Notes: generated by a model from the sequence alone, not told the origin. A stretch of 64,000 nt of DNA from Minisyncoccia bacterium (GCA_041738755.1 JBGSPE010000005.1:143872-207871); one strand, 5' to 3'. Shown: positions 28,885-38,929, numbered from the stretch's first letter. A program made the numbers and translations.

Positions 28885-30432
28885 TTAGTTGGTCTTAACA
28901 GTTACGTCATCACCCGCGTTCAATCCTCTCGCATCAACGACAAATTCGTCAGTGGCCAAGAGACCGTTGGTGATTTCAATCAATGAATCTCGAACCGGAC
29001 CAAGTGAAACTGGTACTTGTGCGAGCTTGCTTTCATCAGTCACAATCAAAATGTATCCGTCTTCGGCTTCGAACTTCACCGCAGTTAAGGGTACGCGGAT
29101 AGCGGTATCGGTCGTGGTAGTAGACGCTTCTTTGGTGATTCGAACGGTATCGCCGTTGGTGAGTTCACTGGTTTCGGCTCCGATACGGACTTCAATTTTA
29201 CGAGTCACAGGGTCAATTGCTGGAGAGATTTGTGTCACTACACCAGGGTAGTTACCGTTGATTTGTACTTGGTCGCCAATCGCAAGAAGTGATTGTTCGT
29301 TTTCACCAATGAAGGTGATGATTTCAAGTGCATTGTTGTTGGCCACGAGAGCCACCGCTTGGCTACCATTGATGAAGTCACCAGTTCGTACATCAAGCGT
29401 ATTTACCGTTCCAGCAATTGGACTACGGAGGATAGTTTTTGAAAGATTAGCCTGAGCAGCCCGGAGTGAACCAAGCGCTTGCTTGATTTGTGCATCTGCC
29501 GCAGAGGTGGTGCCACCACTGGCTGCTACTTCAGCTCGTCTGATAGCATCCTGCGCTCCTTGGATACTTGTAAGACTTGAGTCGAGTGAAGATTTGGTAC
29601 CAATGAGGTTGCTTCGGATAGACGTGAAGCTGGTACTGAAGTTCTGTAATTCAGCTTCGGTGTAGGCACCGCCATTACTCTGGTCATTAAAAAGCGTGAT
29701 AAAAATATCAACCAAGACAATCATCTTGTCGACTTCTTGTTTGGCATTTTGAATTTCAGCTTCGAGGTTTCCATCAGTCGTAAGGCTGCTGGTACGTTGT
29801 TGCCAAGCCGGAAGGGAAGTCTGGTAGGCAACTCGCTCACGATTGAGGGTGTCGGTGTTGCCACGACCATTAAGTTTGAGACCAGGAATACTACCGTTTG
29901 GATTTGAGAAAAAAGGATCGATACTATTGAGTAACGTACCGTTTACCGTGTTGTACGCAGAACGTACATTACTGACAGCGCCGTTTTGAGCATTACGAAG
30001 TGAGGTGCGAGCTTCTTCAACACCGATACCACTTTGTGATGAAGCAGCGAGTGCCGCTTCATACGCTCCCTCAGCCTGGAGGACAGACGCACGCTCAGCT
30101 GCATTTTCAAGTGTTGCAATAACCTGACCAGCGCCAATTGTTTGGCCGAGGGTGACATTTACACCAGTTACTCGTCCACCTCGTTCAGCTGTGACGGTAG
30201 CTTCGGTGAGGGCGCGAACATTTCCTACGAGTGAAACTGACTGACCATTGGCTACTTCTGAGGCTGTGGTAAGAGTCACCTGGGGCAACACTGGCTCGAT
30301 AGCTGCAACCGGTGCCTCTTCTCCGGTCAGTCGTATCCCAACTACTACTAAAACAATAGCTGCTACGAGTAGCGCCCACTGCTTCTTACTTACTTGCTTC
30401 ACACGTCCCTTAATTTGGCTCAAAAATTGCAT
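28885..30432 (-). CDS. RND periplasmic adaptor (membrane fusion protein) with long coiled coil
   Basis: Lipoyl halves GRVTGVNV..G / LRSPIAGTV, ISPAIDPVTRK, VPLTAV. Confidence 0.9.
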   Translation of the reverse strand: MQFLSQIKGRVKQVSKKQWALLVAAIVLVVVGIRLTGEEAPVAAIEPVLPQVTLTTASEVANGQSVSLVGNVRALTEATVTAERGGRVTGVNVTLGQTIGAGQVIATLENAAERASVLQAEGAYEAALAASSQSGIGVEEARTSLRNAQNGAVSNVRSAYNTVNGTLLNSIDPFFSNPNGSIPGLKLNGRGNTDTLNRERVAYQTSLPAWQQRTSSLTTDGNLEAEIQNAKQEVDKMIVLVDIFITLFNDQSNGGAYTEAELQNFSTSFTSIRSNLIGTKSSLDSSLTSIQGAQDAIRRAEVAASGGTTSAADAQIKQALGSLRAAQANLSKTILRSPIAGTVNTLDVRTGDFINGSQAVALVANNNALEIITFIGENEQSLLAIGDQVQINGNYPGVVTQISPAIDPVTRKIEVRIGAETSELTNGDTVRITKEASTTTTDTAIRVPLTAVKFEAEDGYILIVTDESKLAQVPVSLGPVRDSLIEITNGLLATDEFVVDARGLNAGDDVTVKTN

Positions 30433-30538
30433 ATAAATTACTTACGATAAACCCGACAAGAATAACACTAAAATCGTTTTTTGTCTAGATATTACGGGCT
30501 AAAGTACCCGTCTACAGATATGGTACAATCTCGGTCAT

Positions 30539-30853
30539 ATGTTTGGAAAAATGAAAAACTTTGCCATCAAGAAATTACTTGAAACGCAAATGAAGAATGT
30601 ACCTGAGGACCAAAAGAAAATGATTATGGAAATGCTCGAAAAGGACCCAGCTCTCTTTGAGAAAATCGCCAAGGAAATGCAAGCTGAGCTCAAGAGCAAC
30701 AACAATAATCAAATGGCCGCTGCGGCGAAGGTCCTCCCTAAGTACCAGAAAGAAATCATGGCTATCATGAGTCCAGAAATGAAAGAAAAGCTGATGAAGA
30801 TGCAAATGGGTGCAGCTGGACAGTTCAATCCAAACGGAAGCATTCGGCGCTAA
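30539..30853 (+). CDS. Small Met/Lys-rich hypothetical protein
   Basis: 104 aa, helical; extended -10 upstream. Confidence 0.7.
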   Translation: MFGKMKNFAIKKLLETQMKNVPEDQKKMIMEMLEKDPALFEKIAKEMQAELKSNNNNQMAAAAKVLPKYQKEIMAIMSPEMKEKLMKMQMGAAGQFNPNGSIRR

Positions 30854-30915
30854 TTATGAAAGGTATCAACAGGTGCGGGACTTATCCCGCACTTTGTTCG
30901 TTATGATACAACCAT

Positions 30916-31497
30916 ATGCAAACTAAAAAGATTGTTCTGATTTGTGGCCATCCGGATACCGATACGTTTACTGGTTCTGTCCTTGATCATTATCAAGCAG
31001 CGGCACAGTACGGGGGCCACTATGTGGCCCGCTTCAACCTCGGACAAATGCACTTTGACCCGATTCTCCGCAAAGGCTACAAAGAAATCCAACCACTGGA
31101 ACCTGATCTTATCCACCTCCAAGAAGCCATTACCGCCTGCGATCACGTCGTCATTGCTTACCCAAACTGGTGGTGCACTATGCCAGCCCTCCTTAAAGGC
31201 CTCTTTGACCGTATCTGGCTCCCAGGCTTTGCCTTCAATTTCAATAAACAAACCAAGAAAATCGAGAAGCACCTAGCCGGGAAGACCGCTCGCGTGATTA
31301 TTCTCTCTGGTTCACACAGTCCATTCAAGACCTGGTGGCAATTTGGTGACTACACCAATGAAATCCAATTTGGAATCCTTGAATTTGCCGGTATCACAAC
31401 CAGTGTTTCAGCCTATGGTCCCTGTGAACGGGTAGGGGATGTCTGCCGAACGAAGTGGATTAAAGATATTGAAACCCTTGGAAAACGAGCCAAATAG
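30916..31497 (+). CDS. NAD(P)H-dependent oxidoreductase, flavodoxin-like fold (KefF/MdaB family)
   Basis: GHP, YPNWW..MPALLKGLFDRIWLPGFAF. Confidence 0.9.
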   Translation: MQTKKIVLICGHPDTDTFTGSVLDHYQAAAQYGGHYVARFNLGQMHFDPILRKGYKEIQPLEPDLIHLQEAITACDHVVIAYPNWWCTMPALLKGLFDRIWLPGFAFNFNKQTKKIEKHLAGKTARVIILSGSHSPFKTWWQFGDYTNEIQFGILEFAGITTSVSAYGPCERVGDVCRTKWIKDIETLGKRAK

Positions 31498-31498
31498 C

Positions 31499-31526
31499 TT
31501 GACTTTTCAATATTTCTTGATATAAT
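31499..31526 (+). promoter_or_regulatory. Sigma70 promoter TTGACT-16bp-TATAAT
   Basis: Near-consensus; SD GAAAGGAGG before ATG 31572. Confidence 0.65.
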
Positions 31527-31571
31527 AGTAACAGGCTGATATTTGATACCTAGCCTTGAAAGGAGGCTGAT

Positions 31572-31955
31572 ATGAGACACCTTTTGATGATGATCTTGGC
31601 CAGTTTGACCTTGATCACCCCGGCTGTTGCACAGGAAGTACCTGAGACAGCTACCGAACGCAACCTGCGCGAGCAGAGCGATCGGATGACAGCGGCTACG
31701 GCTGCCGGCCAAGTCTTCGTTGAGCAGTTTACTGCTTCACGAGGTTGTGAACCTGGACAGGAGCAGGTCGTCAACGACTCACGCTCTGGAACCCGAGCAA
31801 CCTTCCGCTATCGTGACGATCCGCGCCGGCAAAACCGACGCGACGTCCAAAGTCTTCGCTTCCGCGGGCGCGGTCTGCCAGCAATCGGCCCGACTGCCCG
31901 TTTCACTTCTGATTCTTACTCTGAAAGGAGAACCGTATGCGTTACCCCCAGATGA
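31572..31955 (+). CDS. Secreted Arg-rich small protein with two Cys
   Basis: Signal peptide ending AVA; strong SD; resembles the next gene. Confidence 0.65.
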   Translation: MRHLLMMILASLTLITPAVAQEVPETATERNLREQSDRMTAATAAGQVFVEQFTASRGCEPGQEQVVNDSRSGTRATFRYRDDPRRQNRRDVQSLRFRGRGLPAIGPTARFTSDSYSERRTVCVTPR

Positions 31956-32305
31956 TTCTCGCCACCATGCTCGCTATGGCTACCACAGCCTGTGCCGGCT
32001 CTGGCTTCGAAGTTCGCTCCGTAGGCTTCTCGCCGGAATTCACTGCCGGTGTCGCCAGGACGATGGATACCATCGTCCAGACCCCGAAGTGCAAGCAAGG
32101 TGAAGCACTTGTCACCGAGCGTCAAGCAGACGTCAGAACTGTCTCCGACAGCAATGGTGTCCGTAGTCGACAAACTGTTGGCCAACCAGGTCGTCAGGCA
32201 CGACAGGTCTCGGAACGTGACCGTCGTCGTGGACAGCTCTTCGTTGGTCAGGAAACGCGAATCAGGGCCAGCTCTGATTCCATCTGTGTCCCGATCGGCA
32301 ACTAA
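31937..32305 (+). CDS. Secreted/lipoprotein Arg-rich small protein, probable paralog of the upstream gene
   Basis: Lipobox-like TTAC; SD GAAAGGAG; C..G...V and terminal CV-P. Confidence 0.65.
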   Translation: MRYPQMILATMLAMATTACAGSGFEVRSVGFSPEFTAGVARTMDTIVQTPKCKQGEALVTERQADVRTVSDSNGVRSRQTVGQPGRQARQVSERDRRRGQLFVGQETRIRASSDSICVPIGN

Positions 32306-32330
32306 AGACCAATACAACGTGGTCTGACCC

Positions 32331-32367
32331 AAGGGCGAAGTGGAATTAATGTTCCGCTTCGCCCTTT
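32331..32367 (+). terminator. Intrinsic terminator
   Basis: AAGGGCGAAGTGGAA...TTCCGCTTCGCCCTTT. Confidence 0.75.
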
Positions 32368-32403
32368 AACTTTTACTACCACCTCGTGGTAGTATTTTTA
32401 TAT

Positions 32404-33243
32404 ATGTCACAAAGTTTCGGGCGCGATGCCGCCTTGGTTGTTTTTAAAGCTGTTACCGTTATTGTTACCATTGTATTGATTGTCGTGACACTTTCGGCCC
32501 TCTGGGAGATTGAAACCGTTATCAGTGACGGTACGTGCAATATTGTGGTATTGCCGGTAGAAGGGACGATTCTGCCATTCTACGGCCTCGTAGATGCACC
32601 ACTAGTCGTCACTCCTGAAATGGTTGAGAGTTTCCTCACGGCAGCTGAAGAAGAGCCAGACATCCAAGCGGTTCTCCTTGAAATTAACTCTCCAGGAGGG
32701 ACACCAGTTGCTTCAGAGCGGATTGCGAAGCGACTTCGTAGCAGCTCACTCCCCGTCGTTGGTCTGATTGGTGACGTTGGCGCTTCAGGCGGCTATATGG
32801 TGGGTGCCGCTACCGACTATCTCCTCGCTTCAGCCATGTCAGACGTTGGAAGTATCGGGGTCAACATGTCATACGTTGAACAATCACAAAAGAATGAAGA
32901 AGAAGGATTGACCTATGTGCAACTCACCACTGGTAAGTTCAAAGACGCTGGCAGCCCCGACCGACCAATTACTGATGAAGAACGCGAACTCTTCCAACGC
33001 GACTTGGATATCGTTCACAATGCCTTCATTGACCTGGTGGCCAACTATCGTTCACTCGAGCGAGACAAGGTCGTAGCTTTAGCCGACGGCTCCACCATGA
33101 CCGGTTCACGTGCACTCGAAAATGACCTTATCGACGAGATTGGCGGTCGCGAAGAAGCCAAGTCAGTCCTCGCCACCATCCTCGAACTCCCCGAAGAAGA
33201 AATTGTCTTCTGTGAGTATGAGACATCACTCATACCGTTTTAA
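32404..33243 (+). CDS. sppA: Signal peptide peptidase SppA (S49 family), copy 2
   Basis: INSPGG, ASGGY, VGSIGV, GKFKDAGS, LIDEIG. Confidence 0.9.
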   Translation: MSQSFGRDAALVVFKAVTVIVTIVLIVVTLSALWEIETVISDGTCNIVVLPVEGTILPFYGLVDAPLVVTPEMVESFLTAAEEEPDIQAVLLEINSPGGTPVASERIAKRLRSSSLPVVGLIGDVGASGGYMVGAATDYLLASAMSDVGSIGVNMSYVEQSQKNEEEGLTYVQLTTGKFKDAGSPDRPITDEERELFQRDLDIVHNAFIDLVANYRSLERDKVVALADGSTMTGSRALENDLIDEIGGREEAKSVLATILELPEEEIVFCEYETSLIPF

Positions 33244-33256
33244 GCCAGAAGAAACG

Positions 33257-34120
33257 CTAAATACCAAGCGTGTTTATGAGGTGTAAGAATGCCGCATCGT
33301 CTTTGATCGCTTCAAAAAACTGCCGCATAAAGTTATCAATTCCGGTATCGGTAATATAGTACTCCCGAGCATAGTCTAAATCTTCTTGGGTAAATTCCTC
33401 ATCACCTCGGAAACCGAGCCAATTTTTAAGCTGCGCCATCCGTTCAGCTAATTCATTAGGTCTACTTAGATATTGAATTCTTTCCTCTCGAAGTCGCCCC
33501 CGTGAAAAATCTTCGTCAGACATTTCAACAAAATTAAGACCCGCTTCTGTCATCCTCTGTTGATTTTCTAACGCATTTTCTTTCGCATTCTTGAGACTAC
33601 TTTGATAGTCCTCTTCAGTATAGGTAATATTATTTGCATCAAAGGCGGTTTCAAATAGTTTCTGGTATGCCTCTTCACCAGGATTTCCACCAGGGTACTT
33701 CCGCACTACGTGTCCTTTTTCGTGAGCCTCCATGGCACTATTAACTCGTTTTGTTGGTGTGCTCCCATCTTCATTTTTCCAGAAAATGCCTATACCGCTA
33801 GAACTAGGGTGGGTATCGTCAAGCAATATTGGGGTCGATTGTTTTACCTCTTCAATAGCATCTAAAACCTCCTGTCGTACCTCCTCTTCACTTGGCATCA
33901 CAAATGGTTCGTCTCGGAAGATATATTCACCGCTCTCATCCTTATCTACATAGGTCACTGGTTCACCAGAATCAGCCTTTGCCTGGTATCCAATCATAGT
34001 AGTTTTAACTATCTTATCTACAATGTTAGGGTGGCTCAGTCGTTCAAATAGAACAATCGAGTCTAGCTCATCATGAATTTCTCGCTTATTTGGAGTTGGA
34101 TTAGCCTCAAATGTTTCCAT
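33257..34120 (-). CDS. Hypothetical protein with HExxH motif (putative zincin-like)
   Basis: AHEKGH plus downstream NELAER; extended -10 six nt before ATG. Confidence 0.65.
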   Translation of the reverse strand: METFEANPTPNKREIHDELDSIVLFERLSHPNIVDKIVKTTMIGYQAKADSGEPVTYVDKDESGEYIFRDEPFVMPSEEEVRQEVLDAIEEVKQSTPILLDDTHPSSSGIGIFWKNEDGSTPTKRVNSAMEAHEKGHVVRKYPGGNPGEEAYQKLFETAFDANNITYTEEDYQSSLKNAKENALENQQRMTEAGLNFVEMSDEDFSRGRLREERIQYLSRPNELAERMAQLKNWLGFRGDEEFTQEDLDYAREYYITDTGIDNFMRQFFEAIKDDAAFLHLINTLGI

Positions 34121-34211
34121 CCTAAAATGGTATCACAGAACAAAATAATAATCATAATAAAAAAGACCTACTCCCACCAGAGTGGTTTCGGTCTTGTTTT
34201 AGGTGCCTTGC

Positions 34212-34639
34212 TCAGTTCAACGCTCGAACCATGAGATGCTCAGCATACTTCTTGAGTGTAGCCGTGAGTGGCTCACGAGCATCCTTGGGGTAGCCATGAA
34301 GATCCGGATTGTATCCGGGCTTAACGCTTATGAGTTGAAAGAACCCTTGGAGCTTAGGCAGCATGTAGTTCGGCCCGGTGATGATTTCCTTATTCTTCTC
34401 CAGCCACACGATAAACTGTTCGGCCATGTGAGGAGCGATAACAATCAGCTCTGTCTGGCTCCAATTACCAGCAATCGGAATAAACCGATAATCAGTATCT
34501 GGTCTGACTCAAGCTCACTGAGCCATTCTGGCACTACTTCCCGCAACTTGGCCACTCGCTCGTACTGCGGGACTGCAACGAGCTCTTCTTTAAGAATATT
34601 ATGGATTTCCATAATTGTCTCCATCTGCAAAACCGGCAC
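34212..34639 (-). pseudogene. Possible frameshifted hypothetical gene (two ORF fragments)
   Basis: Two minus-strand ORFs whose open frames overlap near 34445-34510; GGAG SD before MEIHNIL. Confidence 0.35.
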
Positions 34640-34814
34640 TATGAGACCATACTAATAAGCTTAATGCAAATACGTACCCTAAGTTGTCTTCGTGGTATAT
34701 GGAAATAAACCTCCGCCAGAACCTCCAGCAATTACAAGAAATTGTCTGGGATGTTCTAAGTAAATAGCTCAGGTTATTAGAAAATGGCTATTTCTGTCAT
34801 GATATAATTTTCAT

Positions 34815-35786
34815 ATGACAACCGCGGAACGAGTTAATTTTTTGGTATGCAAATACAAAGTTAGTCCTTTGTATGCAGAGCAAATCATATCAAAGGTTCC
34901 AGCAGACACTTTTTCAGATGAAAATATAACTCGACTTTTAAAACAAAAACCTAAGCCATTCGTGAAGTGGGTTGGCGGTAAAAGGCAGTTGATTTCTCAA
35001 TTCCATCAAATCAATGCACTTACGCCAAAAAACTTTGATCAGAATATAAATACATTTTTTGAACCGTTTGTTGGTGGAGGCGCTATCTTTTTTGAACTCC
35101 TACCCAAGAAAGCAAGTATTAATGATATTAATGCAGAGTTAGTTACGACATACACTATCATCCGTGATGATGTTGAGGGCCTGGTTAATGAGCTGTTAAA
35201 AGGTCAGTATGTTTATGATAAAGATGTCTTTCTCACTATTAGATCATGGGACACAACAAAAATCTCAGAGATAAAACGAGCGGCTCGATTTATCTACCTC
35301 AATCGTACAGCTTTTAATGGTATGTATCGTGTAAACAAGAGTGGTCAGTTTAACGTCCCATTTGGTCGCTACACCAATCCGCAAATAGTTGATGAAACCA
35401 ATCTCCGTAATGTCTCAGCTGCACTTAAAGAAACTAAAGTAAAAAATGGTTCTTATAAATACGTTCTTGATGAGGCAAAGAAAGGGGATTTTATTTACTT
35501 TGATCCACCATACCACCCAGTATCAAAGACAGCTTCATTTACCTCGTATTCCAACGACGTATTCCTTCAGAAAGAGCAGGAAGAACTCAAAGATGCTTTT
35601 GTGGAGTTACATAATAGAGGCTGCAATGTTGCTCTTTCAAATTCGGACACACCTTTTATCGAAAGTCTCTTTAAGCCATTAGAAAATAAGGGTATTGTTA
35701 TCCATAGGGTGCAGGCTGGTAGGAATATAAACTCTAAGTCCGAGAGAAGAGGGAAGGTATTTGAACTTTTAGTTACAAATTATTAA
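34815..35786 (+). CDS. DNA adenine methyltransferase, Dam/DpnM (D12) family
   Basis: KWVGGK, EPFVGGGA, NDIN, FNGMYRVN..G.FNVPFG, DPPY, LSNS. Confidence 0.95.
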   Translation: MTTAERVNFLVCKYKVSPLYAEQIISKVPADTFSDENITRLLKQKPKPFVKWVGGKRQLISQFHQINALTPKNFDQNINTFFEPFVGGGAIFFELLPKKASINDINAELVTTYTIIRDDVEGLVNELLKGQYVYDKDVFLTIRSWDTTKISEIKRAARFIYLNRTAFNGMYRVNKSGQFNVPFGRYTNPQIVDETNLRNVSAALKETKVKNGSYKYVLDEAKKGDFIYFDPPYHPVSKTASFTSYSNDVFLQKEQEELKDAFVELHNRGCNVALSNSDTPFIESLFKPLENKGIVIHRVQAGRNINSKSERRGKVFELLVTNY

Positions 35787-35791
35787 CTTTT

Positions 35792-37507
35792 ATGGCAGAA
35801 AGAACTGCATATAATTATTCGTTTTCAAATTTTTTAATTGGAGCGACCAATAAGTCATCGGGTAAGTTACTTATTGCGAATTTTCAAAGAAATTACGTAT
35901 GGGGAACAGGTCATGTAAAAAAGCTTCTTGATTCAATTAGAGCAAATGAGAAAGGTCACTACATTGGTAACATAGTAGTCCAAGAAGCAACAAATGGTGC
36001 TGGGGGGCACGATAGAGTTGTTGATGGTCAGCAGCGGATCGTCACATTAGCTTTAATTATAAGTGAGCTAAGAAGACACTTAACCGACGAAAGTGACTTA
36101 AAAAGATGCGAAAAAATTCTTTTTTATTCAGACAAAAATCCTAGGGTGAAATTTTCTAGGAAGAATTTGAACGATACGTACAAAAAAATATTAAGAAATG
36201 TTTTGGTTGAAAATCCAGATCAAAGTCAAGAATTGCTTTTAAAAAATCAAAAAGCAATTAAGGTTTACTTCGAAAAACATAAAGAGTATAAAAATATTTT
36301 AGAAAAAATATCAGCACTCGAGTTTGTTGTAATTAAATGTAAGACAACGGTCAGTGTGTACCAGTTGTTTGAGGCATTGAACTCACATGGAAAAAGATTA
36401 TCCGCTATCGAATTAATCAAAAACGGATTATTTGCTGAATCTAACGAAAACGAATCTGTTGAAAGAAAAATAAATGCTTTATGGGAAGAGATGGAGAAGC
36501 TTTTTGAAACGGAGGAAATAAAAAATATCTGGTTTGGTAAGTTCATGCGTCACAATTGGTTTTCCATTGCCGGTCCTGTCACTGAAGGTAAACTATATGA
36601 ACGCTTGAAAAAGTATTTAAAAGAAGAAAACGCTGTGGAATTCCTTGAAAATCTTCTAAATTCCGCAAAAATCTACACAAAACTAAGGTCGGCTGACCTT
36701 AGAAAGAAAGAGTTATCTAATTCAATGGACCACACTGCGTGGCAGAGGATTGAACTTTTGCTTAGAAACATCTCAGAACTTGAAATCGATCAGGTTTATG
36801 CCGTTATACTTGCTCTGGTTAAGTACGGTAAGAAAGAGCCTGAATATTTTGAAAAAGATAGGTTATACAGGGACATTTTTAAAATATGGTCTTTCATAAT
36901 TATCGTTAAATTTTCAAACTTGAGCCCTTCAAAATACGAAACGACTTTTGCAAATTTTTGCCACGATTTACTGAATAAAAATAGTAGTGAACTTAAGGAA
37001 GTAAAAAAAGAATTCTATGCAAAGCTTTACAGCCTTATGCCCTCAAAAAATGAATTCGTAATAAAATTAAACAAATCTATTAGATGTGCAAATAAAGAAG
37101 AGAAAAAAGTGAACTTTTCAAATAGTCGTGAATTCGTAAGGCTACTTCTGATGATTTATTTAACGAGTGGCGAAGAATTTATAGGAAAATATACTATAGA
37201 ACACATCATCCCTCAGGGCAGTTTAGTGAAGTGGAAAAATATTTCTGAAGAAAATAAGCTAGAAGTTGAACGTGTGTATCGTTACAAACTTGGTAACTTG
37301 ACCTTACTCAATATAGATAACGTTGAAAATGAAAATTTTAATACGAAGTATAAAAAATCGTACTCAAAATCTGTGTTTCCTAAGAATGTTCAACTTAGTA
37401 TGTATAAAGACTTGTTCAATAGCGATGTCCCGCAGAAAGCTGTAACTAAGCGAGGGGTGAAAATAGCAACTGATATATATGATGCACTAGCTAAAAATCT
37501 ATGTTGA
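35792..37507 (+). CDS. DUF262 + DUF1524 protein (GmrSD/SspE-like nuclease)
   Basis: FQRNYVW, VDGQQR, FEALNSHG..LS, EHIIPQ...LGNLTLL (HNH-like). Confidence 0.9.
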   Translation: MAERTAYNYSFSNFLIGATNKSSGKLLIANFQRNYVWGTGHVKKLLDSIRANEKGHYIGNIVVQEATNGAGGHDRVVDGQQRIVTLALIISELRRHLTDESDLKRCEKILFYSDKNPRVKFSRKNLNDTYKKILRNVLVENPDQSQELLLKNQKAIKVYFEKHKEYKNILEKISALEFVVIKCKTTVSVYQLFEALNSHGKRLSAIELIKNGLFAESNENESVERKINALWEEMEKLFETEEIKNIWFGKFMRHNWFSIAGPVTEGKLYERLKKYLKEENAVEFLENLLNSAKIYTKLRSADLRKKELSNSMDHTAWQRIELLLRNISELEIDQVYAVILALVKYGKKEPEYFEKDRLYRDIFKIWSFIIIVKFSNLSPSKYETTFANFCHDLLNKNSSELKEVKKEFYAKLYSLMPSKNEFVIKLNKSIRCANKEEKKVNFSNSREFVRLLLMIYLTSGEEFIGKYTIEHIIPQGSLVKWKNISEENKLEVERVYRYKLGNLTLLNIDNVENENFNTKYKKSYSKSVFPKNVQLSMYKDLFNSDVPQKAVTKRGVKIATDIYDALAKNLC

Positions 37508-38097
37508 TTGAAAATAAAGAAATAATTCGATGGTGTTATGAAGGTGTAACAGATTACACACTTGTTAATGGTTCAAATAAAAGCTTTTTGAAGGCCGCTA
37601 ATGAAATTGAAAAAACTTGGGGAAATCAATTAATGGGAACCACCGATGGGGGTCAATGGACTACAATATTTTGCCAAAACTTAGTTAAAGAAGCCTTAGA
37701 AAAACTAGGAAGAAAAAATGTTAGATCGACCACCGCGAAACAGGCGTCCCTACGTATGAAACGATATGATCCAGATTTAGAATGTGATGATTTCGTGTAT
37801 GAAGTTAAAGGAAGGAGTTGGACTACTTCTGGAACGGCAGGTGAAAAAATTCTGGGCGTCCCTTTGAAGTATGGAGAAGTTCCTCGACTATACCATAAGC
37901 CTCTTAAAATAGTTCTAATAGGTTATCAAGAATATGAAGCAAGACACATGTGGCAATTTGGAGATTTACTAGACGAAAACAATCAAACATCGGAGCTAAA
38001 AGAAGCTTTGACTTATCATAAGCAACATAATATAGAGTATGTAGGTTTTACAGACATTCTAAAAGAATTAGGTTATCCGGACGGTTGCTGGGAATAA
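37501..38097 (+). CDS. Putative PD-(D/E)XK restriction endonuclease
   Basis: PD-x9-EVK core (PDLECDDFVYEVK) followed by SGTAGEK; lies between two MTases. Confidence 0.65.
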   Translation: MLIENKEIIRWCYEGVTDYTLVNGSNKSFLKAANEIEKTWGNQLMGTTDGGQWTTIFCQNLVKEALEKLGRKNVRSTTAKQASLRMKRYDPDLECDDFVYEVKGRSWTTSGTAGEKILGVPLKYGEVPRLYHKPLKIVLIGYQEYEARHMWQFGDLLDENNQTSELKEALTYHKQHNIEYVGFTDILKELGYPDGCWE

Positions 38098-38115
38098 GCT
38101 TGATATACTTAACGT

Positions 38116-38928
38116 ATGCCAACAAAAGTTCTCTCTTCAGTAGCCCATAGGCCATACTTCAATGAAAAGAATTTCGTGCTTTATCATAATGATCTTTTTG
38201 AAGTCGTCACTCAACTAGCTGATGATTCTGTAGATATGATTTTTGCAGACCCGCCATATAACCTTTCAAATGACGGATTCTCCATTCATGCAGGGAAGAT
38301 GGTATCAGTAAATAAAGGTGACTGGGATAAAAGTAAAGGCTTTGAACAAGATTATAAATTTCATCAATTATGGCTTGAGGCTTGTCGGCGAGTATTAAAA
38401 CCAGGAGGAACTTTATGGGTGAGTGGCACCTACCATTCCATCTATCAATGCGGATATGCTATTCAAGCCTTGGGATACCATATTTTAAATGATATTACCT
38501 GGTATAAACCAAATGCAGCTCCAAACCTCAGTTGCCGTATGTTTACCGCCAGTCACGAGACCTTACTTTGGGTACGAAAAGAAAAGAAAGCTACTCATAC
38601 CTATAACTATGACGACATGCGTGAGAGTGAGTGGCACGGTGACTTTATGAAGGCTCCTAGCAAGCAGATGCGGTCTGTTTGGGCTATAAATACACCTAAA
38701 CCCTGGGAAAAGAAATTTGGTAAACATCCAACCCAAAAGCCTATAGACCTACTTGAAAGAATTATAAGAGCAAGTACTAATGAAGGAGATGTTGTACTTG
38801 ATCCATTTACCGGTAGTTCCACTACAGGTTTAGCAGCAGCAAAACACAATAGGAAATTTATCGGGATTGATAGAGAGCAAGAATATTTAGATTTGTCACA
38901 AAAACGATACCAAGATATGTTTGTGTAA
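38116..38928 (+). CDS. N4C/N6A DNA methyltransferase, beta class (DpnA-like)
   Basis: FADPPYNLSN.G, SVNKGDWD, HPTQKP, LDPFTGSSTTG. Confidence 0.93.
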   Translation: MPTKVLSSVAHRPYFNEKNFVLYHNDLFEVVTQLADDSVDMIFADPPYNLSNDGFSIHAGKMVSVNKGDWDKSKGFEQDYKFHQLWLEACRRVLKPGGTLWVSGTYHSIYQCGYAIQALGYHILNDITWYKPNAAPNLSCRMFTASHETLLWVRKEKKATHTYNYDDMRESEWHGDFMKAPSKQMRSVWAINTPKPWEKKFGKHPTQKPIDLLERIIRASTNEGDVVLDPFTGSSTTGLAAAKHNRKFIGIDREQEYLDLSQKRYQDMFV

Positions 38929-38929
38929 T

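Noticed and set aside
26128-30436. Numerous antisense and alternative-frame ORFs inside the RND genes (also in uvrA, leuS, ychF and M16)
   Set aside because: Shadow ORFs of long coding genes with no motifs or start signals.
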